NCBI GenBank assembly: GCA_040753015.1
Contig: JBFMHM010000002.1
Coordinates: forward strand, 36,319 to 100,318
From: Candidatus Omnitrophota bacterium
GTDB taxonomy: Bacteria; Omnitrophota; Gorgyraeia; Gygaellales; JBFMHM01
Length of the DNA stretch: 64,000 nucleotides
Reading direction: 5' to 3'
Under the pieces are notes generated by a model. It saw nothing but the letters and a program-made list of their open reading frames with translations, made no database searches and had not been told where the DNA came from. Shown here in pieces: positions 31,453-41,523 of this stretch (its first letter is position 1; each line of letters starts with the position of its first letter). Position numbers and translations under genes: made by a program.

Positions 31453-32772
31453 TTACTTTAACACTTCTTCTAAATAATTATTAAATCTATTAACCATTTT
31501 TTCTATAGAAAATTCTTTTAGCCGTTCTTGGGCATTCTTACCTATTCTTTGCCGCTCATCCGGCCTATCAATAAGATACGCTAGTTTATCTGTTAATTGT
31601 TCAACAGAACCAACATCAATATATATAGCCTCATGATCATCTCTTGCAACATCAAGTGCACCTGTGCGATTTGTTGAAACACAAGGCAACCCGCTAGCCA
31701 TCGCTTCCATCATTGAATTTGGCATACCTTCAAAATCCGATGCCATTACAAATATATCCGAAGCAGACAAATATTGATTTACTTCGGAAATCCGACCCAG
31801 TATCAAAAATTTTGTTAGGTTATTAGTATTAATATAATTTTCAACTATCTGTTGAGTATGACCATCTCCTCCTAATAAACAATATATTTTCTTATTAGGA
31901 TATTTTTCAAGCAATCTATGATATGCCCTCGCTAGTATCATTTGGCCTTTTTCTTTTGAAAATCGACCAATATTAATAATTACAATGGCATCATCTGAAA
32001 TGCCTAATTGATTACGAATTCTATTACGTTTTAAGAATTTCTCTTCCTGAGTAAAAAATGGAATATCTATGCCGTTTGGACAAACACATATCATATCTTT
32101 TTTAATATTAAGCCACTTTGAATAATCGTCTTGAAGAATGCTACTATTCACCACAATACCATTTAAATACGGCATCATTCTATTGTGTGCTCTTTTAATC
32201 GTAGAGCCTATAGTTGTCCAGCCATAAGAAGGATTAAAAGTACGAATACAAAAAATAATTTTTGGAATCCTTGCTATCGATGCAGCTACAAAAGATAACA
32301 TTGCCACTTCATGCCCCCATCCTATGACGACATCTGGACGCTCTGCTCTAAAATCACAGACAAGTTTATATATCTCAATCATTTGAAGAGAACGGAATGA
32401 AGATAATAACGTATATTCACCCAACTTTCTGCTAAATATATTCCCCTTTACATATCTATCTCTATCTAAATACATATCTTTACGGAACAGATAATTTGAT
32501 TCTGGAAAGATTTCTATAGCATCATGATAAAAAAAATTAGAGTTGTTATTTGTGCATAAATTAATAATTTGACGCTGGGTGCCTCCGACATCAAAACTAC
32601 ATGTTACATGAAGAATTTTTTTTCTATTACCGAATACCTGTCTAGGTTTACGTAATCTTCGTATTATGTAAGCATTAATACAGAAAAAGCCAAAAGACCA
32701 ATTGCAAATACACGCTAAAATCTTTTTTACGAAATCTACTAAAGATTTATCTAATAATCGTTTTGCAGTCAT
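31453..32772 (-). CDS. Glycosyltransferase family 4
   Basis: GGTQRQ, PNGID, IGRFSKEKG, SDFEGMPNSMMEAMASGLP (EX7E). Confidence 0.92.
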   Translation of the reverse strand: MTAKRLLDKSLVDFVKKILACICNWSFGFFCINAYIIRRLRKPRQVFGNRKKILHVTCSFDVGGTQRQIINLCTNNNSNFFYHDAIEIFPESNYLFRKDMYLDRDRYVKGNIFSRKLGEYTLLSSFRSLQMIEIYKLVCDFRAERPDVVIGWGHEVAMLSFVAASIARIPKIIFCIRTFNPSYGWTTIGSTIKRAHNRMMPYLNGIVVNSSILQDDYSKWLNIKKDMICVCPNGIDIPFFTQEEKFLKRNRIRNQLGISDDAIVIINIGRFSKEKGQMILARAYHRLLEKYPNKKIYCLLGGDGHTQQIVENYINTNNLTKFLILGRISEVNQYLSASDIFVMASDFEGMPNSMMEAMASGLPCVSTNRTGALDVARDDHEAIYIDVGSVEQLTDKLAYLIDRPDERQRIGKNAQERLKEFSIEKMVNRFNNYLEEVLK

Positions 32773-32776
32773 ATTT

Positions 32777-34219
32777 TTAACAATCCTTTGATTCAGCTAA
32801 GGCTTTTCGATATACTGCATCATATGCCGGCCATAAGACTTCATGACTATGATAGCGTTTAATCCATTCGCGATGCTGATGGCCAAGATTTCGTAAACTA
32901 TCCGGTTTATTAACGCAAAATAATATGGCTTCAGCTATTTCGCCTTCCGAAAAACAACTAAAAATGGGAGGATTCTTCTCAAAATTAAAGTGTTTATCGG
33001 AAGAATAATAAGTAATAAGAGGTTTTGCGCAACTCATAGATTCAAGTGCAAAAGTTCCTAGCCCACCATGAGTAAATTGATCAATACACACATCAACAGC
33101 ATTAATATATTTTCGCAATGCAACTTTTGAAAGAACGCCTATTTTAGTAACTATACCATTAAGATCCAACTCTTCAATTAAATCTGACGATTGCTTTGTA
33201 TCCTGTCCATACCAAACAGTAAGAAAAATTGCGTTGTCTAATTTATTTTTAACTTTAGCAAGCGCTCGCCAAAATTTATCACTGCCTTTCCATTGCCAAT
33301 TTTGACGTGCTCCCAGTAAAAAAATAACTTTTCCCGGATATTCTGTTCTTAATTGTTTATACAAAAAATCATCTTGGCAAGGCGCATAAATATCAGTATC
33401 TATCATAAATGGTATTAAATCTATTTTTTTTCGCGGTATTCCTAGCGCATCCATATAATCCATCATTATATTCCCACCTATAATATGTCTTGTTGCTCTC
33501 CTAAATCCACGCGCCTGCATCCAACCAGACTCATTATCTTCAAAAGGCGTAATGAATAAATCGCCGCCAAAAGGAAAAGTAACATACGGCTTATTAGTAA
33601 ATGATGCTATTGCGATATGACTACCACTTGCATGTATAAGATCTACGGTTTTATATAATTTTAAAAGGTCAAGATGTGGCAATACGGTATAAGCCAAAAG
33701 ATAGGATAATTCATTGCCATAAATTATATCTACAGCAGCATCTTTTAAAATCTCCTGCATTCGACGGTATTCAAAACAATTGGAGATTTTATTCAAATAA
33801 TCTAAATCCCATCTAGCCAATTTTATGAAATCTGGCACATCCCAGGAAGGCAATGCCTTGATATTCTGGGGCATTTCGCTTGCCTTAAAATAGACCTCTT
33901 CCCATTGCGGAAAAGATGTAATGGCAACATCGGCAAAACCTGGGTCAAAGAAAAGCTTAGCATCAACTCCATTACGACGAGCAATTTTGCAAAAACAATA
34001 TGCATTATTCAGAAGATTCATGCTATACCCTAATGAGTAATCACCTACAGTAGACGTAATAAAAGAGCATGGATTAGACATTTTCTCTACGCGAAAACAT
34101 CGCTCATTTCGAAGCATAATCTTTCTTATCGCAGAAAATTGCTCTCCTATTCTTCTTTCTTCATCTTTAAATATGCGCTTAACCAAAAAATATACTAAGA
34201 CTTGAATTGTTTTTTTCAT
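32777..34219 (-). CDS. Glycosyltransferase family 4-like
   Basis: IDTDIY, KGSD, DQFTHGGLGTFALESMSCAKP. Confidence 0.75.
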   Translation of the reverse strand: MKKTIQVLVYFLVKRIFKDEERRIGEQFSAIRKIMLRNERCFRVEKMSNPCSFITSTVGDYSLGYSMNLLNNAYCFCKIARRNGVDAKLFFDPGFADVAITSFPQWEEVYFKASEMPQNIKALPSWDVPDFIKLARWDLDYLNKISNCFEYRRMQEILKDAAVDIIYGNELSYLLAYTVLPHLDLLKLYKTVDLIHASGSHIAIASFTNKPYVTFPFGGDLFITPFEDNESGWMQARGFRRATRHIIGGNIMMDYMDALGIPRKKIDLIPFMIDTDIYAPCQDDFLYKQLRTEYPGKVIFLLGARQNWQWKGSDKFWRALAKVKNKLDNAIFLTVWYGQDTKQSSDLIEELDLNGIVTKIGVLSKVALRKYINAVDVCIDQFTHGGLGTFALESMSCAKPLITYYSSDKHFNFEKNPPIFSCFSEGEIAEAILFCVNKPDSLRNLGHQHREWIKRYHSHEVLWPAYDAVYRKALAESKDC

Positions 34220-35370
34220 ATCTTATAGTTACATAAAGCAGTTTTAAAAGTATTTGTGATATATCTAAGTTCTCGCTCTTTTATCTCGTAATAAATAGGT
34301 AAAGAAATTGTCATATCTTCTCCTAATATAGCATTAGGAAAATATGCTAAGTTAAAATTGTAGCGTTTTTTATATACATCGAGTCGCGGAATGGCATGTG
34401 TACCAGGCCTTGTCCAAACACCTTTATTGGCCAAATAAGTCATAATACTATTCCTATAATTTTTATTCTTAATTTTCAACCTCACAACATACGATTGATA
34501 AGTATGGCTTGCTTTATCTGACACATAAGGAAGTTCTAATTCATCAATATCTCTTAAGAAAAAATTATAACAGTCACCTATATATTTTCTTTTCTCTAGT
34601 AGCTTATTGAGCTTTAATAATTGTGCTATACCTACTGCACCTTGAATATCAGAAAGCCTAAGATTATAACCAATATTTGATATCGCACTCATCTCATATG
34701 GATAATTCATCACTCTTGGGCCGGGTTCAGGGCCTCGCGTACCATGATTTCTTAGGCTATTAATAATATCTGCGTAACAACGATTGTTAGTTGTTACCAT
34801 GCCACCTTCACCAGTAGTAACGATCTTACGCGGATGAAAAGAAAAACATCCAATATCCCCAATTCCGCCAACTGGTTTTCCGTTATATTTACAACCTATA
34901 GCACAAGCAGCATCCTCAATTATTTTTAAATTATACTTTTTTGCAATAGCAATAATTTTATCCATCTCAACGCTAAGACCAAAAAGATGAACTACAATAA
35001 TTGCTTTAGTTTTAGTAGTAATCGCCTTTTCGATTTCGTTGATATCAATATTATAAGTTCGAATATCAATATCTACGAATTTCACAGTTGCGCCAACATA
35101 TTCAACGCAATTTGCAGTAGAAACCCAAGTAAAAGCCGGAACGATAACTTCATCTCCTGGCTTTAATCCTAGCGCTAGACAAGCTAAATGCAATGCTGAA
35201 GTACAAGAATTAATCGCTAAAGAATATTTGACTTCGTGTAATTCAGAAAAACGCCTTTCAAACTCCGCCACCATCGGCCCTTGAGTAACCCAACCACTTT
35301 TAAGACATTTTGAAATAAATCTTATCTCTTCATTATCAAAATATGGTCGTGCTAAAGGAATCTTTTTCAT
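34216..35370 (-). CDS. DegT/DnrJ family sugar aminotransferase (perosamine synthase-like)
   Basis: SGWVTQGP, NSCTSALH, EDAACAIG, SFHPRKIVTTGEGG. Confidence 0.92.
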   Translation of the reverse strand: MKKIPLARPYFDNEEIRFISKCLKSGWVTQGPMVAEFERRFSELHEVKYSLAINSCTSALHLACLALGLKPGDEVIVPAFTWVSTANCVEYVGATVKFVDIDIRTYNIDINEIEKAITTKTKAIIVVHLFGLSVEMDKIIAIAKKYNLKIIEDAACAIGCKYNGKPVGGIGDIGCFSFHPRKIVTTGEGGMVTTNNRCYADIINSLRNHGTRGPEPGPRVMNYPYEMSAISNIGYNLRLSDIQGAVGIAQLLKLNKLLEKRKYIGDCYNFFLRDIDELELPYVSDKASHTYQSYVVRLKIKNKNYRNSIMTYLANKGVWTRPGTHAIPRLDVYKKRYNFNLAYFPNAILGEDMTISLPIYYEIKERELRYITNTFKTALCNYKI

Positions 35371-35448
35371 ATTATAAATGATTATTTTTCAATAATTCGT
35401 AATTTCAGTAAAATCTTCGAAATGATAGTTCATTGTCTGTCTAGCCTA

Positions 35449-36237
35449 TTAAACCTTTTTAAGCGCATAAAATAAATTATAACTATATTGATCAAAACTA
35501 TTATCATTTAATAGCCTTGATACGTTCATAGCGAAACTATTAAATCTTGAATCATGCTTCGGAGATTTTGGAAAAATGGTTAAGGGATAAACAAGCCTCG
35601 AAAGTAACAAATAAAAACCATAATTTTTTATTTCTATAATCCTAAAATATTTTTCTATAAAAGATTTCATTTTTTCTTGATAAAAATTTCTATTATAATT
35701 TACTACTTTAATTTGCGACAAGCCCAAGGTTACCCTTAATCTATTAAGCCTGTTAAGCTCATCTTGAAACCCTTCGCTAAGTAATAGCAAGCCACCTTTT
35801 TTGAGAATGCTATGAATTTGCCTTAAAGCTTTACATTGCATTTCCCAAGAAGGCAAATTGATTAAACATCGCTGTGATATAACGCAATCGAATTTCAATG
35901 AATCTTTAAAAATATTATTTAGATTTGTTACTGAAGAAACAATAAAACTAATATTTTTTATATTATTTGATTGGGCTCTTCTTCTTGCGATTTTAATTAA
36001 ATTGTAAGAATAATCTAATCCAAAAATATGCTTAACTTTTTTAGCATAATTAATTGTGTGAGCCGCATCACCGCATCCTAACTCCAGAACATTAAAATTT
36101 TTTTTAAGATACTTCATAATATTGTCCATTTCTAACTTTGCAAGAAACGGATCTCTAGAAGTAGGAGTTGTTGATTTTAAAAAAGAAAATTTTTCCCCTT
36201 TATTTTCCCAAAATCTTTTTATATCTATTAATTTCAT
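35449..36237 (-). CDS. Class I SAM-dependent methyltransferase
   Basis: VLELGCGD, GLDYS, FDCVISQRCLINL, LKKGG. Confidence 0.88.
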   Translation of the reverse strand: MKLIDIKRFWENKGEKFSFLKSTTPTSRDPFLAKLEMDNIMKYLKKNFNVLELGCGDAAHTINYAKKVKHIFGLDYSYNLIKIARRRAQSNNIKNISFIVSSVTNLNNIFKDSLKFDCVISQRCLINLPSWEMQCKALRQIHSILKKGGLLLLSEGFQDELNRLNRLRVTLGLSQIKVVNYNRNFYQEKMKSFIEKYFRIIEIKNYGFYLLLSRLVYPLTIFPKSPKHDSRFNSFAMNVSRLLNDNSFDQYSYNLFYALKKV

Positions 36238-36253
36238 TTTATTTATATATAAA

Positions 36254-37555
36254 CTAAAGGCTAGAGATATGACTTATTTTAATAGGATGCTCAACAATAT
36301 AATTATACTGATATTTGCTACTTTTAATTTTAATACTATAAACTCTATCATGATAATCCAACCACCTGAATTCGCCATTTTTTTCCATCAAAATAAACGC
36401 TGATAATTTATATTCTCCTTGCCCTAACAATAAAGGAGAAAAAATAAATCTAAATTCTCCATTCTCAAATAAGGATTCTTGCCGCTGGCAACCATCGTCC
36501 ATGCTGTTTGGAGTAAAAACTAATAAACCATTACTTGTAAATATTCGACAAGCACCGTGCAGTTTCCAATCAAAATATTTATAGCCCTTATATTTCAAAG
36601 AGATCTCTATGTGCTCCCCGGATAATAATTCATACCGCTCTTTCCCTTTATTGTCGAAAATTTTAAATTCGGTAATAACAGCTTCTTTGCTGCCGTATTT
36701 AAAAAAATCTTGATTATCTTTTAAATCTAAATAACCTCCTTTTTCTCTTAATTCAATAAGATCGCGTGAACAGAAAGAATCATTGTTACCAACCGAGCTC
36801 CTTAAATAAGAATGGCTTTGTTCATTAATATAACGCTGATAGGCTTTAATTACCAAATCTGCAACGTCATTAGCTACGATCATGCCATCATGCAACCATA
36901 TTGCTTTGTTACAAAACATATTAATCATCTCTGTAGAATGACTGACAAATAAAACCGTTGTATCACTTTGACAAATCTGACGAATTTTCGCCAAACACTT
37001 ATTAACAAAAATTGCATCTCCCGCAGACAAGGCTTCATCTATTATTAGAATATCTGGCTCTTGATGAATAGCAAGACTAAAGCTCAACCTAGCTTGCATT
37101 CCTAATGAATATGTTTTGAAGGAATTATCTATATATTTATAAAGACCGCTAAATTCAATTATCTCATCCATCTTTTTATCTATTTCGTCCTTACTCATAC
37201 CTAAACACATTCCACCCATATAAATATTTTCGCGCCCGGAATGCTCGGGATGAAAACCTGTACCTAATTCTAAGATGGCAGATACTTTACCATTTATGGC
37301 TACTTCGCCACTTGTCTTATCAAGCGTACCAGCTAGAATTCTTAATAAAGTGCTCTTGCCTGCGCCATTTCGTCCAATAACACCTATAACTTCTCCGCGT
37401 TTTAATTCAAAATTTATATCACTTAGCGCCCAAAATTCTTGATGATGCCGCTTTCCAGTTAAAATTTCCCAAACCATATCTGATGGTTTTTTGTACATTT
37501 TAAATGCCTTAGAAAGATTGGACGCCTTAATTGCAATATCTGATTTATCGTTCAT
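36254..37555 (-). CDS. wzt: Polysaccharide ABC exporter ATP-binding protein Wzt with C-terminal carbohydrate-binding domain
   Basis: GRNGAGKST Walker A, YSLGMQARL, LIIDEALSAGD, ~190-aa C-terminal extension. Start placed at ATG 37555 (ATGA overlap with wzm stop). Confidence 0.92.
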   Translation of the reverse strand: MNDKSDIAIKASNLSKAFKMYKKPSDMVWEILTGKRHHQEFWALSDINFELKRGEVIGVIGRNGAGKSTLLRILAGTLDKTSGEVAINGKVSAILELGTGFHPEHSGRENIYMGGMCLGMSKDEIDKKMDEIIEFSGLYKYIDNSFKTYSLGMQARLSFSLAIHQEPDILIIDEALSAGDAIFVNKCLAKIRQICQSDTTVLFVSHSTEMINMFCNKAIWLHDGMIVANDVADLVIKAYQRYINEQSHSYLRSSVGNNDSFCSRDLIELREKGGYLDLKDNQDFFKYGSKEAVITEFKIFDNKGKERYELLSGEHIEISLKYKGYKYFDWKLHGACRIFTSNGLLVFTPNSMDDGCQRQESLFENGEFRFIFSPLLLGQGEYKLSAFILMEKNGEFRWLDYHDRVYSIKIKSSKYQYNYIVEHPIKISHISSL

Positions 37556-38388
37556 AATACATCCCCAAAAGAAACCTTTAATTTTCGAAACATTCGATAC
37601 CCTAGGCAAAATATAGTTAAACTTATTACAATAAATGTTACCCACGCCTGATAATGCTCAAATCTACCAAAATAAAACACATCTTGATAGCACCAAACCA
37701 TATAACTAAATGGATTTAAATATACTACTGGCCGAAAAATATTTGGCACCATTTCTGGAAGATAAAATATAGGCATGGCATACATACCAACAACGCAAAA
37801 TACCTGAACAAAATCTTTAATATCACGAAAATATACTCCTATTGATGATAGAATATAAGAAACACCAATCATCGCAAGTATCTGAAATAAGAAAAGCGCG
37901 GGAATCAAAATATACGTCCAAGGTAATAATCCGTTTTTTATTAAAACATATAAAATTAACATCGTGGTATAAATTATCTGTGTCAAAAATGCCGCAATTA
38001 CGCCTTTGACCGGCAAAATTTCAATAGGAAAAATAACTTGTTTAACTAAATTTGCATTACCAACAACTGCCGAAGAAGCCTTGTTCATAGACTCCTGAAA
38101 CGACATCCAAGGGATAAGTCCAGAAAGAATATAGGTTGTATAATCTAATGGCATCTCTATTGTGCCGCCAATCTTTATTTTAAATACAAAAGCAAAAACA
38201 AAAACATATATGCCCATCAAAACCATTGGATGACCGATAACCCAAAACAACCCAAGCACTTGCCCTGCATAACGGTCTTTAATTTCCCGCTTTGCCATCT
38301 CACAAGTAAGCTGACGATACCTAGTTAAAAGCGCGATAATCTCGCGGAATGCCTGAAAGTGATTTTTAAAATTAAACAGAGACTTCAT
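37552..38388 (-). CDS. wzm: Polysaccharide ABC exporter permease Wzm
   Basis: REIKDRYAGQVLG, NANLVKQVIFP, FRDI, LNP, 6 TM pattern; start placed at MKSLFNF. Confidence 0.92.
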   Translation of the reverse strand: MKSLFNFKNHFQAFREIIALLTRYRQLTCEMAKREIKDRYAGQVLGLFWVIGHPMVLMGIYVFVFAFVFKIKIGGTIEMPLDYTTYILSGLIPWMSFQESMNKASSAVVGNANLVKQVIFPIEILPVKGVIAAFLTQIIYTTMLILYVLIKNGLLPWTYILIPALFLFQILAMIGVSYILSSIGVYFRDIKDFVQVFCVVGMYAMPIFYLPEMVPNIFRPVVYLNPFSYMVWCYQDVFYFGRFEHYQAWVTFIVISLTIFCLGYRMFRKLKVSFGDVL

Positions 38389-40312
38389 AACATTCTTTAT
38401 TAAAATTCGGTGTTGTAATCGTTTTTGTCTCATAGCTACCGCAAAGAAAAATCTTACACCACCACTCAAAATTCAACAATGACCAAATAAAAAGACGGCG
38501 GTTTTGTTTTCCTTGTAAATGATCATTAATTAAATTATTGGTTGTTTTGTAATCAAAAAAATTGTATATATTTGCTTTCTTGTCCATAAGCAGTTCTTTT
38601 ACATATTCAACGCTTTCTCCTTTAAACCAACTTGCATCCGGGCCACTAAAACCCTGTTTATATTGATTTGTAATACTGTCTCCACTATACTTCCTAAGGG
38701 ATTTCCGCAGAATAACTTTTCCATCGTTCATCTTCTCAAAATATTTTTCTTTCTTCACAAACTCATCTTCATCAATATCAAGAATACTATTTATATTTTT
38801 AAGTTTTAACTTTACTGGAACTTTTAAACCAAAATCTACCAAATTATTATCTAAAAATGGAACTCGCTCTTCGAGTCCTTGAGCCATGCTCAATTTATCG
38901 CTCAAAATTAATAACCCGTGTAAAAAAGTTTTTGCTTCAAAATACAATGAGTGATTTATGTAATCTTCTGGCTTTTGAGGAACTAGCTTATGACTATTAA
39001 AAACATTCTTAAAAATATCTTCTGTCCAAACACCGTTTACGTCTTGCCAAATTGGCGCAAATAAGCCCTGTAATGTTTTATTCGGAACAAGCCTCTGCCA
39101 ATATTTATAGTAACCCTGCGTATATTCATCGAAGCTTTTTGCTCGTAATGCTTTATAATATCTCCATGGGTACCCTGCAAAAAGTTCATCGCCACCACAT
39201 CCCGAAAGACAAACCTTAACAAATCGAGAAGCAAGCTTTGCTGCATAAAAATTAGGATAACACTGCCCAAGCCGTAAATCTTCTAAAGCCCAAACCAGAT
39301 TCGGAATACAGCGCTTCATATCACCCGACTTTAAAACCATCTCATAATGTTCGGTCTGGTATAGATAAGAAATGTGCTCTGCTTTTTCTCTCTCATCAAA
39401 AGATAATTCTAAACCAGACGCTGACGATAAATCAAAACCAATACAAAAAGTCTTAAAATCCTTAAGATGTTGAGATGCAATTGCAACTATTGAACCCGAA
39501 TCTATACCGCCGCTTAGATAAGAACCCACTTCTACATCACTGACTAATTGTCTCTTTACTGCCTGGTTAAATAATCTATCAACCTCTTCTAAATACTCAT
39601 TTTCCGATTTTATATTTTTTTCTTCTTCAAAATGAAAATCCCAATATTGCTTTTGTTCAGCTTGTATGCACTCCCTTATGTTAATTTTTAAAAAATTCCC
39701 CGGTGGTAAAATTTTTACGCCCTTAAATAATGTTTTATAAGTAAACGTATTTTGAAAAGTAAAATACTCCAACAGAACTTCATGATCTAATTCTCTTTTA
39801 AATTCCGGATGCTCAAAAAAAGCCTTTATTTCTGAAGCAAAAAGTAACACTTTTTCATTTTGCCAGTAATATAAAGGTTTTATCCCATATCGATCTCTTG
39901 CAAAAAATAATTTTCGCTCTATTTTATCCCAGACAGCAAAAGCAAACATACCATTAAAACGCTTAACACAATCTTCTTTCCACTGGGCATATGCATAAAG
40001 CACAACTTCAGAATCTGTGTTAGATTTAAAATAATACCCCAATTTTTCAAGTTCCTTTCTAATTTCCCGAAAATTATAGACCTCGCCATTATATGTAATA
40101 ACAAAACGCTTATCTTCTGTAGCCATCGGCTGGCGGCCTTTAACCGTTAAATCAATGATTGCAAGTCTACGATGTCCCAACCCAACATTCTCATCAATAT
40201 ACAACCCTTCACCGTCTGGCCCGCGATGACGAAGGGCGCTAGTCATTGTTTGCAATATCGAGTTGTATACTTGCTGCCCATTCTTATTAATAATCCCTAC
40301 GATTCCGCACAT
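38372..40312 (-). CDS. asnB: Asparagine synthase family amidotransferase
   Basis: MCGIVG, HRGPDG, GHRRLAIIDL, RDRYGIKPLY, LSGGIDS, SGCGGDELFAGY, EERVPFLD. Confidence 0.93.
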   Translation of the reverse strand: MCGIVGIINKNGQQVYNSILQTMTSALRHRGPDGEGLYIDENVGLGHRRLAIIDLTVKGRQPMATEDKRFVITYNGEVYNFREIRKELEKLGYYFKSNTDSEVVLYAYAQWKEDCVKRFNGMFAFAVWDKIERKLFFARDRYGIKPLYYWQNEKVLLFASEIKAFFEHPEFKRELDHEVLLEYFTFQNTFTYKTLFKGVKILPPGNFLKINIRECIQAEQKQYWDFHFEEEKNIKSENEYLEEVDRLFNQAVKRQLVSDVEVGSYLSGGIDSGSIVAIASQHLKDFKTFCIGFDLSSASGLELSFDEREKAEHISYLYQTEHYEMVLKSGDMKRCIPNLVWALEDLRLGQCYPNFYAAKLASRFVKVCLSGCGGDELFAGYPWRYYKALRAKSFDEYTQGYYKYWQRLVPNKTLQGLFAPIWQDVNGVWTEDIFKNVFNSHKLVPQKPEDYINHSLYFEAKTFLHGLLILSDKLSMAQGLEERVPFLDNNLVDFGLKVPVKLKLKNINSILDIDEDEFVKKEKYFEKMNDGKVILRKSLRKYSGDSITNQYKQGFSGPDASWFKGESVEYVKELLMDKKANIYNFFDYKTTNNLINDHLQGKQNRRLFIWSLLNFEWWCKIFLCGSYETKTITTPNFNKECYEVSV

Positions 40313-40313
40313 T

Positions 40314-41147
40314 TTAATTAAAGGTGTAATGTAAAATATTATTGTTAACTTTTCTAAAAGACTCCCCGCGCGTATGCCCTAACCATTGATCACAAACTAA
40401 ACAAACCTCATCGGGATAATTATTACGAATCTCGCTTAGCCTACGCGAATTCCATATTTCAGAAATACTATAATTCGCTATATTTATATCTTTTTCGGTA
40501 TTCCATACATGATTACATCTTGAAACGCATCCATCAAATGCAATAACCAACGTATCGTGCAACTTCGGGCAAAAATTGCGATTAGAATCTAAAGTCTGCG
40601 AAGACCTGCCAAAAGCGCCATCAATACTATGTTCTTCATACAATCTAACACTATCAAAACCAGCTAAATCTTTTGATTGAATTAAATCATCATAAATATT
40701 TTTAATTGTTTCTTCGCCTTGGACAAATGAAACTTGGGTTATTGGAAAATTATCATCGTTTTTAAATAATAAAAACTTCTTGGCATTTTTATAACCTATA
40801 AGATTATGTACACTAAAAGTTATAAATTCAAAATGAGATAATATTGCTGCAATCCTCTCATTAAAAATAACGCCATTCGTAGAAAAATGCATTTTTAACC
40901 CTTTACTAAAAGCAAAATTAATAATTTCCGTAAAATAAGGATGCAATAACGATTCTCCGCGCCAAAAAGGAATGACTATGGAATTAGGCGAATTGTCATT
41001 AATATCTTCGATTATCTTCTCCCATAGGAAACGACTCATAAACCCCTTATTTTTATCAATATGATTTCGCGGACACATCGAGCAGTCTAGATTACAATCC
41101 AACGAAAGCTCAACAACAATTCTTTTAGGAAATTTACTAATTTTCAT
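40314..41147 (-). CDS. Radical SAM protein with SPASM/twitch domain
   Basis: CNLDCSMC, RGESLLHP, STNG, C-terminal FCP...DGCVSRC...CLVC. Confidence 0.88.
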   Translation of the reverse strand: MKISKFPKRIVVELSLDCNLDCSMCPRNHIDKNKGFMSRFLWEKIIEDINDNSPNSIVIPFWRGESLLHPYFTEIINFAFSKGLKMHFSTNGVIFNERIAAILSHFEFITFSVHNLIGYKNAKKFLLFKNDDNFPITQVSFVQGEETIKNIYDDLIQSKDLAGFDSVRLYEEHSIDGAFGRSSQTLDSNRNFCPKLHDTLVIAFDGCVSRCNHVWNTEKDINIANYSISEIWNSRRLSEIRNNYPDEVCLVCDQWLGHTRGESFRKVNNNILHYTFN

Positions 41148-41479
41148 ACATTAACTACACCCGAATTCAATAACTCTAATTCTTTTTTTAATTCGAAATA
41201 CTCTTTTTCTTTTTTTTCTAAGAAATAACGAGCGAGTGTTATTTTTTTCTCAAAGCCGTTTTTGGTTAAAATATACCTCAGTTTGTTTAATTTTCCTTTA
41301 CGGCTAGTAAAATTTTTAATCTTTACCAGACCTCTCTGGGTAAGCGCTTTTAGTAAATAATTAGTTTTACCTAAAGATATATTTAGGTATTCGGATAGGT
41401 CTCTTTGGGTGAGATCTTGACTAGTAGAAAGGATCTTTAGAATCTTGAATACATCTTCTTGAAAATAATGTTCATCCAT
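41144..41479 (-). CDS. MarR family EPS-associated transcriptional regulator (TIGR04176-like)
   Basis: TQRDLS...ISLGKTNYLLKAL..RGLVKI.NF...Y.LT..G..K. Confidence 0.88.
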   Translation of the reverse strand: MDEHYFQEDVFKILKILSTSQDLTQRDLSEYLNISLGKTNYLLKALTQRGLVKIKNFTSRKGKLNKLRYILTKNGFEKKITLARYFLEKKEKEYFELKKELELLNSGVVNV

Positions 41480-41490
41480 TGAACATTATT
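41464..41490. promoter_or_regulatory. Perfect 11-bp inverted repeat over the MarR start codon; probable operator
   Basis: AATAATGTTCA-tccat-TGAACATTATT; overlaps a minus-strand TATAAT at 41488-41493. Confidence 0.7.
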
Positions 41491-41523
41491 ATACTTATTC
41501 AGAAGAAAAAAACAAGTAATTTA

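Noticed and set aside
10905-41147. RiPP cluster (SPASM radical SAMs plus AsnB-like lasso cyclases)
   Set aside because: No precursor peptide, RRE or peptidase was found. The AsnB proteins retain full glutaminase domains and the context is glycan synthesis.
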